Below are positions 5,993-15,141 of a stretch of DNA of 15,461 nt, one piece after another. The notes under the pieces were generated by a model that did not search any database, was not told the DNA's origin, and saw only the letters and a list, made by a program, of their open reading frames with translations. Each line of letters begins with the position of its first letter. Positions within the stretch are counted from its first letter, which is position 1. The DNA comes from Elusimicrobiota bacterium. Its GTDB lineage: Bacteria; Elusimicrobiota; Elusimicrobia; UBA1565; UBA9628. A program made the translations under genes and the position numbers. The DNA is taken from assembly GCA_027319565.1 (NCBI GenBank), contig DAHVNA010000040.1, positions 1 through 15,461 of the forward strand. Reading direction: 5' to 3'.

Positions 5993-7114
5993 ATGCACAA
6001 AAAAACATCGGAATCAAACAAGGTCAATCCTTTAAAAGCTCTCGAAGCCTTTGGGCAAAGCCCTTGGCTTGACTCCTTGAGCCGGAAACTCATCGACAGC
6101 GGAGAATTGGCGAAGCTGGTCAAAGAAGACGGTCTCAAGGGAATCACCTCGAACCCGGCGATATTTGACAAGGCCGTGACCCAGGGGTCCGATTATGACG
6201 CCGCGATTCTGAAAAGATGCGACCAAAAGATTAACGATACCGAAGTTCTCTTTGAGTCGATTGCCATTGAAGACATCAAAGACGCTGCGGAAGTTCTCTA
6301 TCCGGTTTACAAAAACTCCGGAGGCAAGGACGGCTTTGTCAGCTTGGAAGTCTCTCCGCGTTTAGCGCGGGATTCAAAAAAAACCATTGAAGCCGCTCAG
6401 CGTCTCTTTAAAGAGTTGGCGCGTCCCAACGTCATGATTAAAATTCCCGGCACCTACGAGGGGCTGTCGGCGATAGAAAAATCCCTGGCCGAGGGAATCA
6501 ACATCAATATTACGCTTCTTTTTTCGGTCGCGCGCTATAAAGAAGTCTCTGAAGCCTATATCAACGCTTTAGAATACCGGAAGAAAAAAGGCCTTTCAAT
6601 TTCCGATATTTCTTCCGTCGCCAGCTTCTTTGTCAGCCGCATCGATACCGCGGTTGACTCCATCCTCAAAGACGGGGCTCTTAAGGGGAAAACCGCTATC
6701 GCCAACGCGAAAATGGCCTACAAGTATTTTCAGGAATTGTCTCAAAGCGGTAAGTTCCAGGAATTGCGTAAGGCCGGGGCCAAACCGCAGCGCCTTTTGT
6801 GGGCTTCCACTTCGACTAAAAACCCTGCCTATCGCGATGTTCTTTATATTGAAGAACTCATCGGAGAAGAAACAGTCAATACGATTCCGCTTGAAACCTG
6901 GAATGCCTTTAAAGATCACGGAAAATTGCGCGCGGCGCTAAAAGAAAATGTCTCGGAAGCTCAAGGGGTCATTAATCAATTGCCCAAGGCGGGCGTTGAT
7001 TTAGACAAGGTCTGTAAAGATCTGGAAGAAGCCGGAATCAAAGCCTTCGCCGATTCTTACGCTCACCTCCTCAAAAATCTGGAAGACAAAATGAAGGCGC
7101 TGGACTTAAAATAA
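5993..7114 (+). CDS. tal: Transaldolase (long, about 373 aa type)
   Basis: GQSPWLDS, GITSNPAIF, GFVSLEVSP, Schiff-base NVMIKIPGT, NITLLFS, ASFFVSRID, QRLLWASTSTKNP; GAGGT RBS before ATG 5993. Confidence 0.96.
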   Translation: MHKKTSESNKVNPLKALEAFGQSPWLDSLSRKLIDSGELAKLVKEDGLKGITSNPAIFDKAVTQGSDYDAAILKRCDQKINDTEVLFESIAIEDIKDAAEVLYPVYKNSGGKDGFVSLEVSPRLARDSKKTIEAAQRLFKELARPNVMIKIPGTYEGLSAIEKSLAEGININITLLFSVARYKEVSEAYINALEYRKKKGLSISDISSVASFFVSRIDTAVDSILKDGALKGKTAIANAKMAYKYFQELSQSGKFQELRKAGAKPQRLLWASTSTKNPAYRDVLYIEELIGEETVNTIPLETWNAFKDHGKLRAALKENVSEAQGVINQLPKAGVDLDKVCKDLEEAGIKAFADSYAHLLKNLEDKMKALDLK

Positions 7115-7153
7115 TTTCCTGATAGTAAGGAAGGAGACAATCAAGGTTATATT

Positions 7154-8683
7154 ATGAGCGAAACATTGGTCACGCCCAAGGTCTTAAGCCAGCCGGAATT
7201 AAGCTTGATGGAGGAGCGTCCGGAGCCTTGCGCCCTTGTTATCTTGGGCGGGATGGGAGACTTGGCCCATCGAAAACTCTATCCCACCTTGGCTTACCTT
7301 CATCAACAAAACCTTCTGCCTTCCAGTTATGCGGTGGTCGTCATCGCGAGAAGAGAAATGGATGATGAGGCTTTAAGAAAGAACGTCGGAGAATCCATCA
7401 CCAAGGCCGGAGTCAAAGAAATTCCCGCGGGCTTTTTGGAAAGGCTTTTCTTTGTCAATGGAGACTTAAGCGACTCTGGCTTTTACGCCCGTCTTAAAAC
7501 TCGTTTGGAGGAGCTTTCCAAAGATATGCAATTGGTTGGCCACATGTTTTATTTCGCGACCTCGCCCACCCTTTATTCCTCCGTTTTAAAAAAGATGGCG
7601 GAAGCGGGCCTTAATAAACAGGAGGGCCTTTCGACCTGGCCACGGGTGATTATCGAAAAACCCTTCGGCACGGATTTGGAATCGGCCATTTCTCTCAACA
7701 AAGAAATTCACTCGATTCTTCCGGAAAATCAGGTTTACCGCATAGATCACTATCTGGGAAAAGAGACGGTGCAAAATATCCTGATTTTGCGCTTTGCCAA
7801 CACTTTTTTCGAGCCGGCCTGGAACCGGGATCATGTCGACCACGTTCAAATTACCGTCGCCGAATCCATAGGGATTGAAGGCCGCGGCCCCTATTATGAC
7901 CAATCGGGGGTTTTAAGAGATATGTTCCAGAATCATCTCCTTCAGCTTTTGAGCTTGGTCGCCATGGAGCCGCCGGCGCGTTTTCAAGCAGACCCCATCA
8001 GCGACGCAAAAATCAATATCCTGCGCGCGATTCCCGATATGAGCGCTCAAAACCTGGTCTTGGGGCAATATGCTTCATCCCAATCAGAGGGAAAACATCT
8101 CCCCGGATACCGCGAAGAAGCCGGAATTTCCAGCGACTCCCGAACGCCGACTTTTGCCGCCGCGCGGCTTGAAGTGGATAATTGGCGCTGGCATGGGGTT
8201 CCGTTCTACTTGAGATCGGGCAAAAGATTGCCCAAAAGAGTGACTGAAATCGCGGTCCATTTTAAACACGTTCCCGTTTCTATCTTTAAACCCTTGCTGG
8301 CTGAAGAACTCGCGGCGAACACTCTTAAACTCAGGCTCCAGCCCGACGAGGGCGTTTCGGTGTCTTTTGAAACTAAACACCCAGGATCAAAAATATCTCT
8401 AAGCACCGTCACGATGAACTTTGACTATTACAAGGCCTTTGGCATTTCGCAACCTGAAGCTTATGCCCGGCTGATTTTAGACGCCTTCATCGGAGACCGA
8501 ACCCTATTTACCCGCAGCGATTTTGTCGAGGAAGCCTGGAGAATTCTCGCTCCAGTGTTGGAAGCCGGCAATAAATCCAAGGTGATCCCGGTTCGCCCGT
8601 ACGGATCAACTCCTCAAGACTGGGGCCCGCACGGGGTGGGAGAACTTTTAGTTCGCGACGGACGGACATGGGATCATTTTTAG
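7154..8683 (+). CDS. zwf: Glucose-6-phosphate 1-dehydrogenase
   Basis: GGMGDLAHRKLYP, IIEKPFG, YRIDHYLGKETVQN, RDMFQNHLLQ, WHGVPFYLRSGK. Confidence 0.98.
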   Translation: MSETLVTPKVLSQPELSLMEERPEPCALVILGGMGDLAHRKLYPTLAYLHQQNLLPSSYAVVVIARREMDDEALRKNVGESITKAGVKEIPAGFLERLFFVNGDLSDSGFYARLKTRLEELSKDMQLVGHMFYFATSPTLYSSVLKKMAEAGLNKQEGLSTWPRVIIEKPFGTDLESAISLNKEIHSILPENQVYRIDHYLGKETVQNILILRFANTFFEPAWNRDHVDHVQITVAESIGIEGRGPYYDQSGVLRDMFQNHLLQLLSLVAMEPPARFQADPISDAKINILRAIPDMSAQNLVLGQYASSQSEGKHLPGYREEAGISSDSRTPTFAAARLEVDNWRWHGVPFYLRSGKRLPKRVTEIAVHFKHVPVSIFKPLLAEELAANTLKLRLQPDEGVSVSFETKHPGSKISLSTVTMNFDYYKAFGISQPEAYARLILDAFIGDRTLFTRSDFVEEAWRILAPVLEAGNKSKVIPVRPYGSTPQDWGPHGVGELLVRDGRTWDHF

Positions 8684-8694
8684 GGCTTAATTTC

Positions 8695-9414
8695 GTGAGA
8701 CCATCCACCGTGCGTTTTTTTGAGCGAATGCCCGATATGAGTCTTGCCGCCGCTGGCTTTGTGCTTGAGGAAGCGCAAAAAGCGGTTCAAAAGCGCGGCC
8801 GCTTTGCCTTGGCCTTGTCCGGCGGAAGCACTCCGCGGGAACTCTATCAGCTTCTTTCCCAGCCGCGCTTTTCCAATTCATTTCCTTGGAATAAAACCCA
8901 TATTTTCTTGGGAGACGAGCGCTGGACGCCGCCCAATAACCCGGACAGCAATTTTTCAATGGCCAAAGACGCGCTTTTATCTAAAGTGCCTCTTCCCAAA
9001 TCCCAGGTGCATCCGATAGAAACCGAGGGTCTTGAAAGCGAAAAATCCGCTGAAGAATATGAAAAGTTGCTGAGAATTTTTTTCACAAAAAACACGGGTT
9101 TTGATCTGATGCTTCTCGGAATAGGCCCCGATGGCCACACCGCCTCTATTTTTCCCAACGGTCCGGCTCTCGAGGAAAAAACTAGATGGGTGATGCCGGT
9201 CCCGGCGCCTCAGGGAATTTTACCCAGACTCCCCCGGATTACCCTGACTTTTCCGCTCATCAATCTCTCGAGAAAAATCTTGTTTCTATCGGGATTTAAG
9301 GATAAAGAAAAGGTCATCAGCGAAATTTTAGAGTCCAAAAGTTTTCTTCCGGCGTCAAAAGCTCAAGCTCAAGAAGAGACTCATTTTTACATTCAAGGAA
9401 AGAAAGATTCGTGA
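8695..9414 (+). CDS. pgl: 6-phosphogluconolactonase
   Basis: ALSGGSTP, GDERW, SNF, FDLMLLGIGPDGHTASIFP, RITLT. Start uncertain: GTG 8695 chosen; ATG 8668 and ATG 8728 are possible. Confidence 0.95.
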   Translation: MRPSTVRFFERMPDMSLAAAGFVLEEAQKAVQKRGRFALALSGGSTPRELYQLLSQPRFSNSFPWNKTHIFLGDERWTPPNNPDSNFSMAKDALLSKVPLPKSQVHPIETEGLESEKSAEEYEKLLRIFFTKNTGFDLMLLGIGPDGHTASIFPNGPALEEKTRWVMPVPAPQGILPRLPRITLTFPLINLSRKILFLSGFKDKEKVISEILESKSFLPASKAQAQEETHFYIQGKKDS

Positions 9415-11840
9415 GCGCCGATGAAATAGCTCCAGGCGCGCCTGGAATAGAACCGCGTTGGACTTCCAGCGCCAAGGAAGGGGTCGGCACTTCCGCTGAC
9501 AATAGAAGCCGGGTTTGGTTTACCATCTCCCACGGAATATTAAACGAGGTCTATTATCCCAGAATTGATTTGGCCAATATACGCGATTTCGGTTTTATGG
9601 TCTCCGATGGAAAAGATTTTTTCTCGGAAGAAAAAAGAGATTGCCTGCACAAAATTCGTCCCATTTCTCAAGGAGTTCCGGGATATCATCTCAAAAATAC
9701 CTGCGTTCAAGGCCGATACCGAATTTCAAAAACGATTATCAGTGATCCCTCGGCCGATGTGCTCCTTCAAGAAATTCAGTTTGAACCCTTGATTGGAGAA
9801 CTCGATGATTATTCTCTTTTTGCCCTATGGTCTCCTCATATAAAAAATGCCGGAGGAGGAAACGACGGTTGGATTGGCGAATATAAGGGGCATACCCTGT
9901 TGTTTGCCAGAAAAGAAAATATCACCGCAGCCCTTGCTTGTTCTATTCCGTTTAAGGCTCTTAGTTGCGGCTATGTCGGAACTTCGGATGGCTGGCAGGA
10001 CCTGCACGCTCATAAAAAAATGGAGTGGAGATACCCCAAAGCCCTCAATGGCAATATCGCCCTGACCGCCGAAATTCCTTTAAAAAAATCTGTTAAAAAA
10101 ATGGTCTTAGCCTTAGGATTTGGGGCCAATGAAAACGAGGCAGCTTTAAGAGCCGTTCAATCTCTCTGCGGGAATTTTAAGGAAAAAGTCGAAGAATATA
10201 TTGCGGGATGGAATGAATTTCAAAACTGTTGTTTAAATCTCGGTTCCGAGGGAGAATCGGGCTTTGATATTTACCGGGTCAGTACCGCGGTTTTAAAGAC
10301 CCACGCCTCAAAACGTTTTTCCGGAGGCCTCATCGCGAGCCTCTCCATTCCCTGGGGTTTTTCCAAGGGCGATGAAGACATCGGCGGGTATCATCTGGTC
10401 TGGCCTCGAGACATGGTTCAAAGCGCGATGGGGCTTTTAGCGGCAGGCGATGTCAATGGAGCCAAGCACTCTCTTTTGTATCTCGCGGGAACCCAGGAAG
10501 CCGACGGGCATTGGCCGCAGAACATGTGGCTGGATGGGAGTTCTTATTGGCCGGGAATTCAAATGGATGAGACCGCGCTTCCAATTATTTTTGCCGATTT
10601 CTTAAAAAGAGAAGGAAAAATTTCTTGCGTCGCCGCCTGGCCGATGGTCAAAAAAGCCGCTACCTATATTTGCCGCTATGGGCCCGCGACAGCCCAGGAC
10701 CGTTGGGAAGAAGATTCCGGATACTCTCCCTACACCCTGGCGGTTGAAATCGCGGCTTTACTTGCCGCGGCTGATTTTGCCGATGAAAACGGGGAAAAAA
10801 ACCTTGCCCAGCATCTCCGGGAAACGGCGGATCTTTGGAATTTTGAAATCGAACGATGGACCTACGCCTCTGACACGGCCCTGGCTAAGAAATACGGCGT
10901 TAAAGGATATTATATTCGCATCACGCCCCAGCAGGAAGATCATGTCAGTTTTCCCAATCAAGAAATGGTGGCTCTGCGCAACCGAAGCTTTGAGGAAAGT
11001 CAAATCGCGGCGCAAGAGCTGATCAGTCCCGACGCCTTGGCCTTGGTGCGCTTTGGACTGAGAGCCCCTGATGATCCCAAAATTTTAGACACGGTTAAGG
11101 TCATCGACGCCCTTCTCAAAAGCGAAACTAAAACCGGTGTTTCCTGGAGAAGATATAACGGGGATGGTTACGGCGAACATGAGGACGGGTCGCCATTTAA
11201 TGGAACCGGAGTGGGGCGACCTTGGCCGCTTTTAGCTTTAGAGCGCGCGATGTATGAATTAGCCTTGGGGAATAAAAAAGGGGTCCAAGAGATTATTAAA
11301 GCCGTGACCAACCAGACCAGCGCCGGAGGCTTGATTCCAGAACAGATCTGGGACGCTCCGGACATTCCGGAGCGGGAACTCTTTAATGGCCGCCCCGCGG
11401 GATCGGCCATGCCGCTGGTGTGGGCTCATGCGGAATACATTAAACTAATGAGATCTCTTAGAGACGGGAAAGTCTTTGACATCCCGCCTCAAACCGTAGA
11501 ACGCTATCAAAAACAGCAAATGCGGCCCTGGGGACGAATGTGGAGAATGAATCATCGCTTAAGACGCCTTCCCGTTGGGCGAATACTGAGAATCGGGCTC
11601 TTTTCGCCCGCCATCGTCAAATATTCAACCGATGACTGGAAAACCGTTCTTGAGCTCGAAGCGAGAGACTGCGGGCTGGGTATTTACTGCGTCGATATTA
11701 AAAGTCAAGAACTTCCCATTGGTTCCAAAATTTCATTTACTTTCTTTTGGACCGAATCCCAACAACAAGAGGAACAAAAATTTGAGGTTGAAATCGTAAC
11801 GGAGGCATCTTTTTCCGGTTCCTGGCACCACGGAAGCTAG
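9411..11840 (+). CDS. GH15 glucoamylase / glucan 1,4-alpha-glucosidase with glucodextranase-type N-domain and a small C-terminal beta domain
   Basis: APGAPGIEPRWTSSAKEGVGT, GILNEVYYP, GGYHLVWPRD, QDRWEE, LIPEQIW, SAMPLVWAHAEY; GTGA overlap with pgl; no signal peptide. Confidence 0.93.
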   Translation: MSADEIAPGAPGIEPRWTSSAKEGVGTSADNRSRVWFTISHGILNEVYYPRIDLANIRDFGFMVSDGKDFFSEEKRDCLHKIRPISQGVPGYHLKNTCVQGRYRISKTIISDPSADVLLQEIQFEPLIGELDDYSLFALWSPHIKNAGGGNDGWIGEYKGHTLLFARKENITAALACSIPFKALSCGYVGTSDGWQDLHAHKKMEWRYPKALNGNIALTAEIPLKKSVKKMVLALGFGANENEAALRAVQSLCGNFKEKVEEYIAGWNEFQNCCLNLGSEGESGFDIYRVSTAVLKTHASKRFSGGLIASLSIPWGFSKGDEDIGGYHLVWPRDMVQSAMGLLAAGDVNGAKHSLLYLAGTQEADGHWPQNMWLDGSSYWPGIQMDETALPIIFADFLKREGKISCVAAWPMVKKAATYICRYGPATAQDRWEEDSGYSPYTLAVEIAALLAAADFADENGEKNLAQHLRETADLWNFEIERWTYASDTALAKKYGVKGYYIRITPQQEDHVSFPNQEMVALRNRSFEESQIAAQELISPDALALVRFGLRAPDDPKILDTVKVIDALLKSETKTGVSWRRYNGDGYGEHEDGSPFNGTGVGRPWPLLALERAMYELALGNKKGVQEIIKAVTNQTSAGGLIPEQIWDAPDIPERELFNGRPAGSAMPLVWAHAEYIKLMRSLRDGKVFDIPPQTVERYQKQQMRPWGRMWRMNHRLRRLPVGRILRIGLFSPAIVKYSTDDWKTVLELEARDCGLGIYCVDIKSQELPIGSKISFTFFWTESQQQEEQKFEVEIVTEASFSGSWHHGS

Positions 11841-11849
11841 ACCATCTCC

Positions 11850-12638
11850 ATGAAAAGTCTACTCAACGCTTTGCAAGAAGGTCGTTTAGTCGAGCTTCCG
11901 GAAACCGACAAGGCCAAGGCCCTGGAATATCTCGCGCATTTAATTGAAGCCATTCCCGATTTAGGGGTTCGCCCGGAGTTGGCCGAGATGATGATGGCCC
12001 GCGAGAAATCTCAAAACACCGGAATCGGTCTTGGAGTCGCCTGTCCCCACGTTCGGGCCGAGGGCGAAGGAGAACTTCTCTGCTCGGTCGGCTGGAGTCC
12101 GCAGGGAATTGACTACGGGGCTTCCGACGGAAAAAAAGTTCATCTCGTCGCCATGTATTATATTCCGGTTTCTCAAAAGGGCAATTATTTAAAGGAAGTC
12201 TCATCCTTGGTCGCCGCCGTTCGCCGGGAAGGCTGGATTCAATCCATCGCCGACGCGACCGATATCGCGACCGTTCGAGAACGGCTCTTAGACTGGGTTT
12301 CAAGCTCCATTGATCAAAGCGTGCCAGACACCAAGGCGCGAATGATTCGTCTTGAAGCTAAACAGGCCGAAGCCAGCGCTTTGTCTTCTTCCGTTCCAAC
12401 AACGGAAAACGCTCCACTCTCTGTCGTCTCAGTCTTGATTCTTTCGCTTCCGGACCGGGTGTTTGTTTTGAGCGAAAAAACCGATTTGGCCGCCGCGATT
12501 GAAAGCGATGGATCAATCAAAGAGATTGTCTCATTGAAGAGCCCTTTTTCAAAGGGCGGCTATTCTTTAACCTTCCGCTCCGTGTCCCATTATGGCGCGA
12601 GATCTCTTTATGAGTATCTCGCCGTCAAACCCGCCTAA
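11850..12638 (+). CDS. PTS EIIA (fructose/mannitol/Ntr family) domain protein with a C-terminal extension of about 110 aa
   Basis: ARE...TGIGLGVACPH (phospho-His67), GIDYGASDGKKVHLV. Confidence 0.88.
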   Translation: MKSLLNALQEGRLVELPETDKAKALEYLAHLIEAIPDLGVRPELAEMMMAREKSQNTGIGLGVACPHVRAEGEGELLCSVGWSPQGIDYGASDGKKVHLVAMYYIPVSQKGNYLKEVSSLVAAVRREGWIQSIADATDIATVRERLLDWVSSSIDQSVPDTKARMIRLEAKQAEASALSSSVPTTENAPLSVVSVLILSLPDRVFVLSEKTDLAAAIESDGSIKEIVSLKSPFSKGGYSLTFRSVSHYGARSLYEYLAVKPA

Positions 12639-12639
12639 G

Positions 12640-12662
12640 AAAAGGGGGACTGTCCCCTTTTT
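12640..12662. terminator. Putative intrinsic terminator, possibly bidirectional
   Basis: AAAA-G-GGGGA-CTG-TCCCC-TTTTT directly after the EIIA stop. Confidence 0.65.
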
Positions 12663-12703
12663 GCGGGGAAAAGTAAAAAATTGGTAAAAACGGGAAAAAC
12701 CCC

Positions 12704-12732
12704 TTGACAGGGGGCCCCCCGCGCCTTACACT
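12704..12732 (+). promoter_or_regulatory. Sigma70 promoter of the kinase gene
   Basis: TTGACA (12704-12709), 17-bp spacer, TACACT (12727-12732); A-tracts upstream (UP-element-like). Confidence 0.75.
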
Positions 12733-12739
12733 TAGGGAT

Positions 12740-15133
12740 ATGAAGACTCTTTCCCGATTAACTTTTTTGCTGGCTTTAACCTCTGTCGGTTTTTCCTCTT
12801 TCTTCTCGATTGCCTTTGCAGATTCAAGCTCGGAGAATGGACAATATCTGCCGCCTGCGGTCGTTCAAAAAGAAGAGTCAAAAATAGCCGCTCAAAATGA
12901 CGATATGGCGGCCATCGTGCTTAAGGTCAAAAATGATTACAGGGGTCCGCTGACCCCCGCTCAGCTTCACTCTTATAAGCAGTATATAGCCTCAAGAGAA
13001 GCGCTTCGGGATGATATCCGCAAGTATCTCCCTAACATCGATTACAGCCAGCCCAATCAAAGTCACAACGAATTAATTCAGGCTTTTAACGAACATCCAG
13101 ATTTAAGGCAAGCCCTTAATGTGTTTGGCCGGGAAAGCGCGCTTAATTTAGAGAAAATACAGAAAACACCCGAGACCGGGATGCCGTTTTTGTCGGCCAT
13201 CATTAACGCCGATGGTTTTGGGAGAGATATTCTTAAAAACTTTGCCCCCGGAGGCTCTCAAAGTTCCGTAGCGCCGACAGCCGCCGATCATCTCCTGCAA
13301 GGACAACTCGCCTTGTCTTCCGGAGATAATAAAGCTGCGCTTAAAGACGCAAAAGCGGCGGCAAAAATGGACCCTCAAAACGCATCCGCACAAACCCTTT
13401 TGGCCGAAGCGGCTTTTAAAACCGGAGACTATCCCCAAGCCGCCTCTGCCGCTCAAGAAATCTTGCAAAAAAATCCCAAGGATAAGGTCGCCATGGCCAT
13501 TTACGGGCTTTCGGAAGGACGCAATCCTCGGGTCGATGAGACGCCGAATTCCTCCGCTCAAAACTCTTTGAGCCCGTCTCCAACAAACGGTTCTCTTGGC
13601 GCTTTAGCTTCAGGCGCAAATAATTCCAGATCCTCATCCCAAAATTTATCGCAAGCATCTTCTGCCCAGGCAATGCCCGCTCCCTTAGACGCTCATTTAG
13701 CCTTTCAGATGGGAAATTACAGAGACGCCTTGGCGGAAGCCAATTCCGTCCTAAAAGAAAACCCGGCGAATTTAGCGGCCGCTCTCTTGGCGGCCCAGTC
13801 CTATGCCGGAATGGGAGATTACGGGGCCGCTTTAAGGCAGGTTCAGGCGGGATTAAAAACCTCGCCCAACAATTCAAAACTCCTCAACTTGCGCTCTCAA
13901 CTTCTTTCAAGGCAGGGACATTATCATCAAGGCTTGGCGGCCTCCGATATCGTCCTAGAGGGAAATCCCAAAAATGCGGAAGGCTATTACAGCCGCGCGA
14001 TGGCCTTAGCCGGACTCGGAGATAAAAAGGGCGTCGTCGAATCTCTTAAACAAGCCGCTGAGCTTGACCTCAAATATCAAAGTTTAGCCGAGAAAGCGGC
14101 GAACCTGCCTCTTAATTCCGATTTGAGGCTTTTGTTTAACCAAACAAAACAAGAATTTAATCCAATCCCTAAAGCTCTTGGATTTCATGGAGGAATGATT
14201 TTAGGGCTCATCCTTTTAAGTTTGTCTGGACTTCTCCTTCTCAAACGCAGAAACTCCGGCTCTGCCATGGAGACTCAGAGCCCTCTTCCGGAATCAGAAG
14301 GCAAGACGCGCATTCTCTCGGCAAATTTAATCGCCGGACAATATCAAATCACGCGCCGAATCGGCTCTGGAGGGATGGGGTTGGTCTATGAAGGAACCGA
14401 TGTCAATTTGGGCCGGCGAGTGGCCATTAAACATCTGAGAGAAGATTTACAGAGAAATCCCCAGGAAAAAGAGCGTTTTTTATCCGAGGCGCGCTTGGTC
14501 GCTTCTTTAGATCACCCCAACATCCTTCGCATTTATTCAATCGCGGAGGAAAAAGAAGAAGTCTATCTCATCTTTGAGTTTATCGAAGGCAAAACCTTGG
14601 ATGAGTGGACCCAGGGCCGTAAAATTAACCTTTCCCAGGCTCTTCAGGTTTATAAAACGGTGGCCCAAGCCTTGGATTACGCGCACGCTAAGGGCATCAT
14701 TCACCGCGACATGAAGCCTTCCAATATCATGATTGGTAATAATGGAGTTGTTCATGTAATGGATTTTGGAGTCGCCCGGATCGCCAAAGATCCGTCTTTA
14801 ACTTCCCAGATGACAAGAACCATTGTCGGCACTCCGGCTTATATGGCGCCTGAAACTCAAGATGGGTTTATCTCCAAAGAATCCGACATTTACGGCCTGG
14901 CCGTCTGCGTCTATGAATCATTGACCGGCCAATTGCCGTTTTCCGCCACTCCCAGCGGGACCGTGAGTAAAATTAAGCGCGTTTATCCCTTGATTTCTAG
15001 TTTCGGTTTTCCCAAGGCGATGGACTTAATTTTCAATCGCGCCTTTGACCCTAATCCAAATTTGCGCTTTAAAAGCGCCCGAGAATTTATGTTGGAAATG
15101 GAGAAATTTCCCGGCGTCGCTTTGCCGGCCTAG
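12740..15133 (+). CDS. Receptor-like Hanks-type Ser/Thr protein kinase: signal peptide, TPR clusters, TM helix, C-terminal kinase domain
   Basis: MKTLSR...IAFA|D signal; TPR-like repeats (AAKMDPQNASAQTLLAEA, VLEGNPKNAEGYYSRAMA); TM MILGLILLSLSGLLLL-KRR; kinase motifs IGSGGMGLVY, VAIK, HRDMKPSN, DFG, GTPAYMAPE, SDIYG. Confidence 0.93.
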   Translation: MKTLSRLTFLLALTSVGFSSFFSIAFADSSSENGQYLPPAVVQKEESKIAAQNDDMAAIVLKVKNDYRGPLTPAQLHSYKQYIASREALRDDIRKYLPNIDYSQPNQSHNELIQAFNEHPDLRQALNVFGRESALNLEKIQKTPETGMPFLSAIINADGFGRDILKNFAPGGSQSSVAPTAADHLLQGQLALSSGDNKAALKDAKAAAKMDPQNASAQTLLAEAAFKTGDYPQAASAAQEILQKNPKDKVAMAIYGLSEGRNPRVDETPNSSAQNSLSPSPTNGSLGALASGANNSRSSSQNLSQASSAQAMPAPLDAHLAFQMGNYRDALAEANSVLKENPANLAAALLAAQSYAGMGDYGAALRQVQAGLKTSPNNSKLLNLRSQLLSRQGHYHQGLAASDIVLEGNPKNAEGYYSRAMALAGLGDKKGVVESLKQAAELDLKYQSLAEKAANLPLNSDLRLLFNQTKQEFNPIPKALGFHGGMILGLILLSLSGLLLLKRRNSGSAMETQSPLPESEGKTRILSANLIAGQYQITRRIGSGGMGLVYEGTDVNLGRRVAIKHLREDLQRNPQEKERFLSEARLVASLDHPNILRIYSIAEEKEEVYLIFEFIEGKTLDEWTQGRKINLSQALQVYKTVAQALDYAHAKGIIHRDMKPSNIMIGNNGVVHVMDFGVARIAKDPSLTSQMTRTIVGTPAYMAPETQDGFISKESDIYGLAVCVYESLTGQLPFSATPSGTVSKIKRVYPLISSFGFPKAMDLIFNRAFDPNPNLRFKSAREFMLEMEKFPGVALPA

Positions 15134-15141
15134 AGGGAAAT

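Noticed and set aside
12704..12739. TTG start of the kinase
   Set aside because: Coincides with the TTGACA -35 box; the signal peptide starts at ATG 12740.
26..14755. Numerous short antisense or alternate-frame ORFs in the track
   Set aside because: All lie within well-supported + strand genes and show no recognisable motifs.
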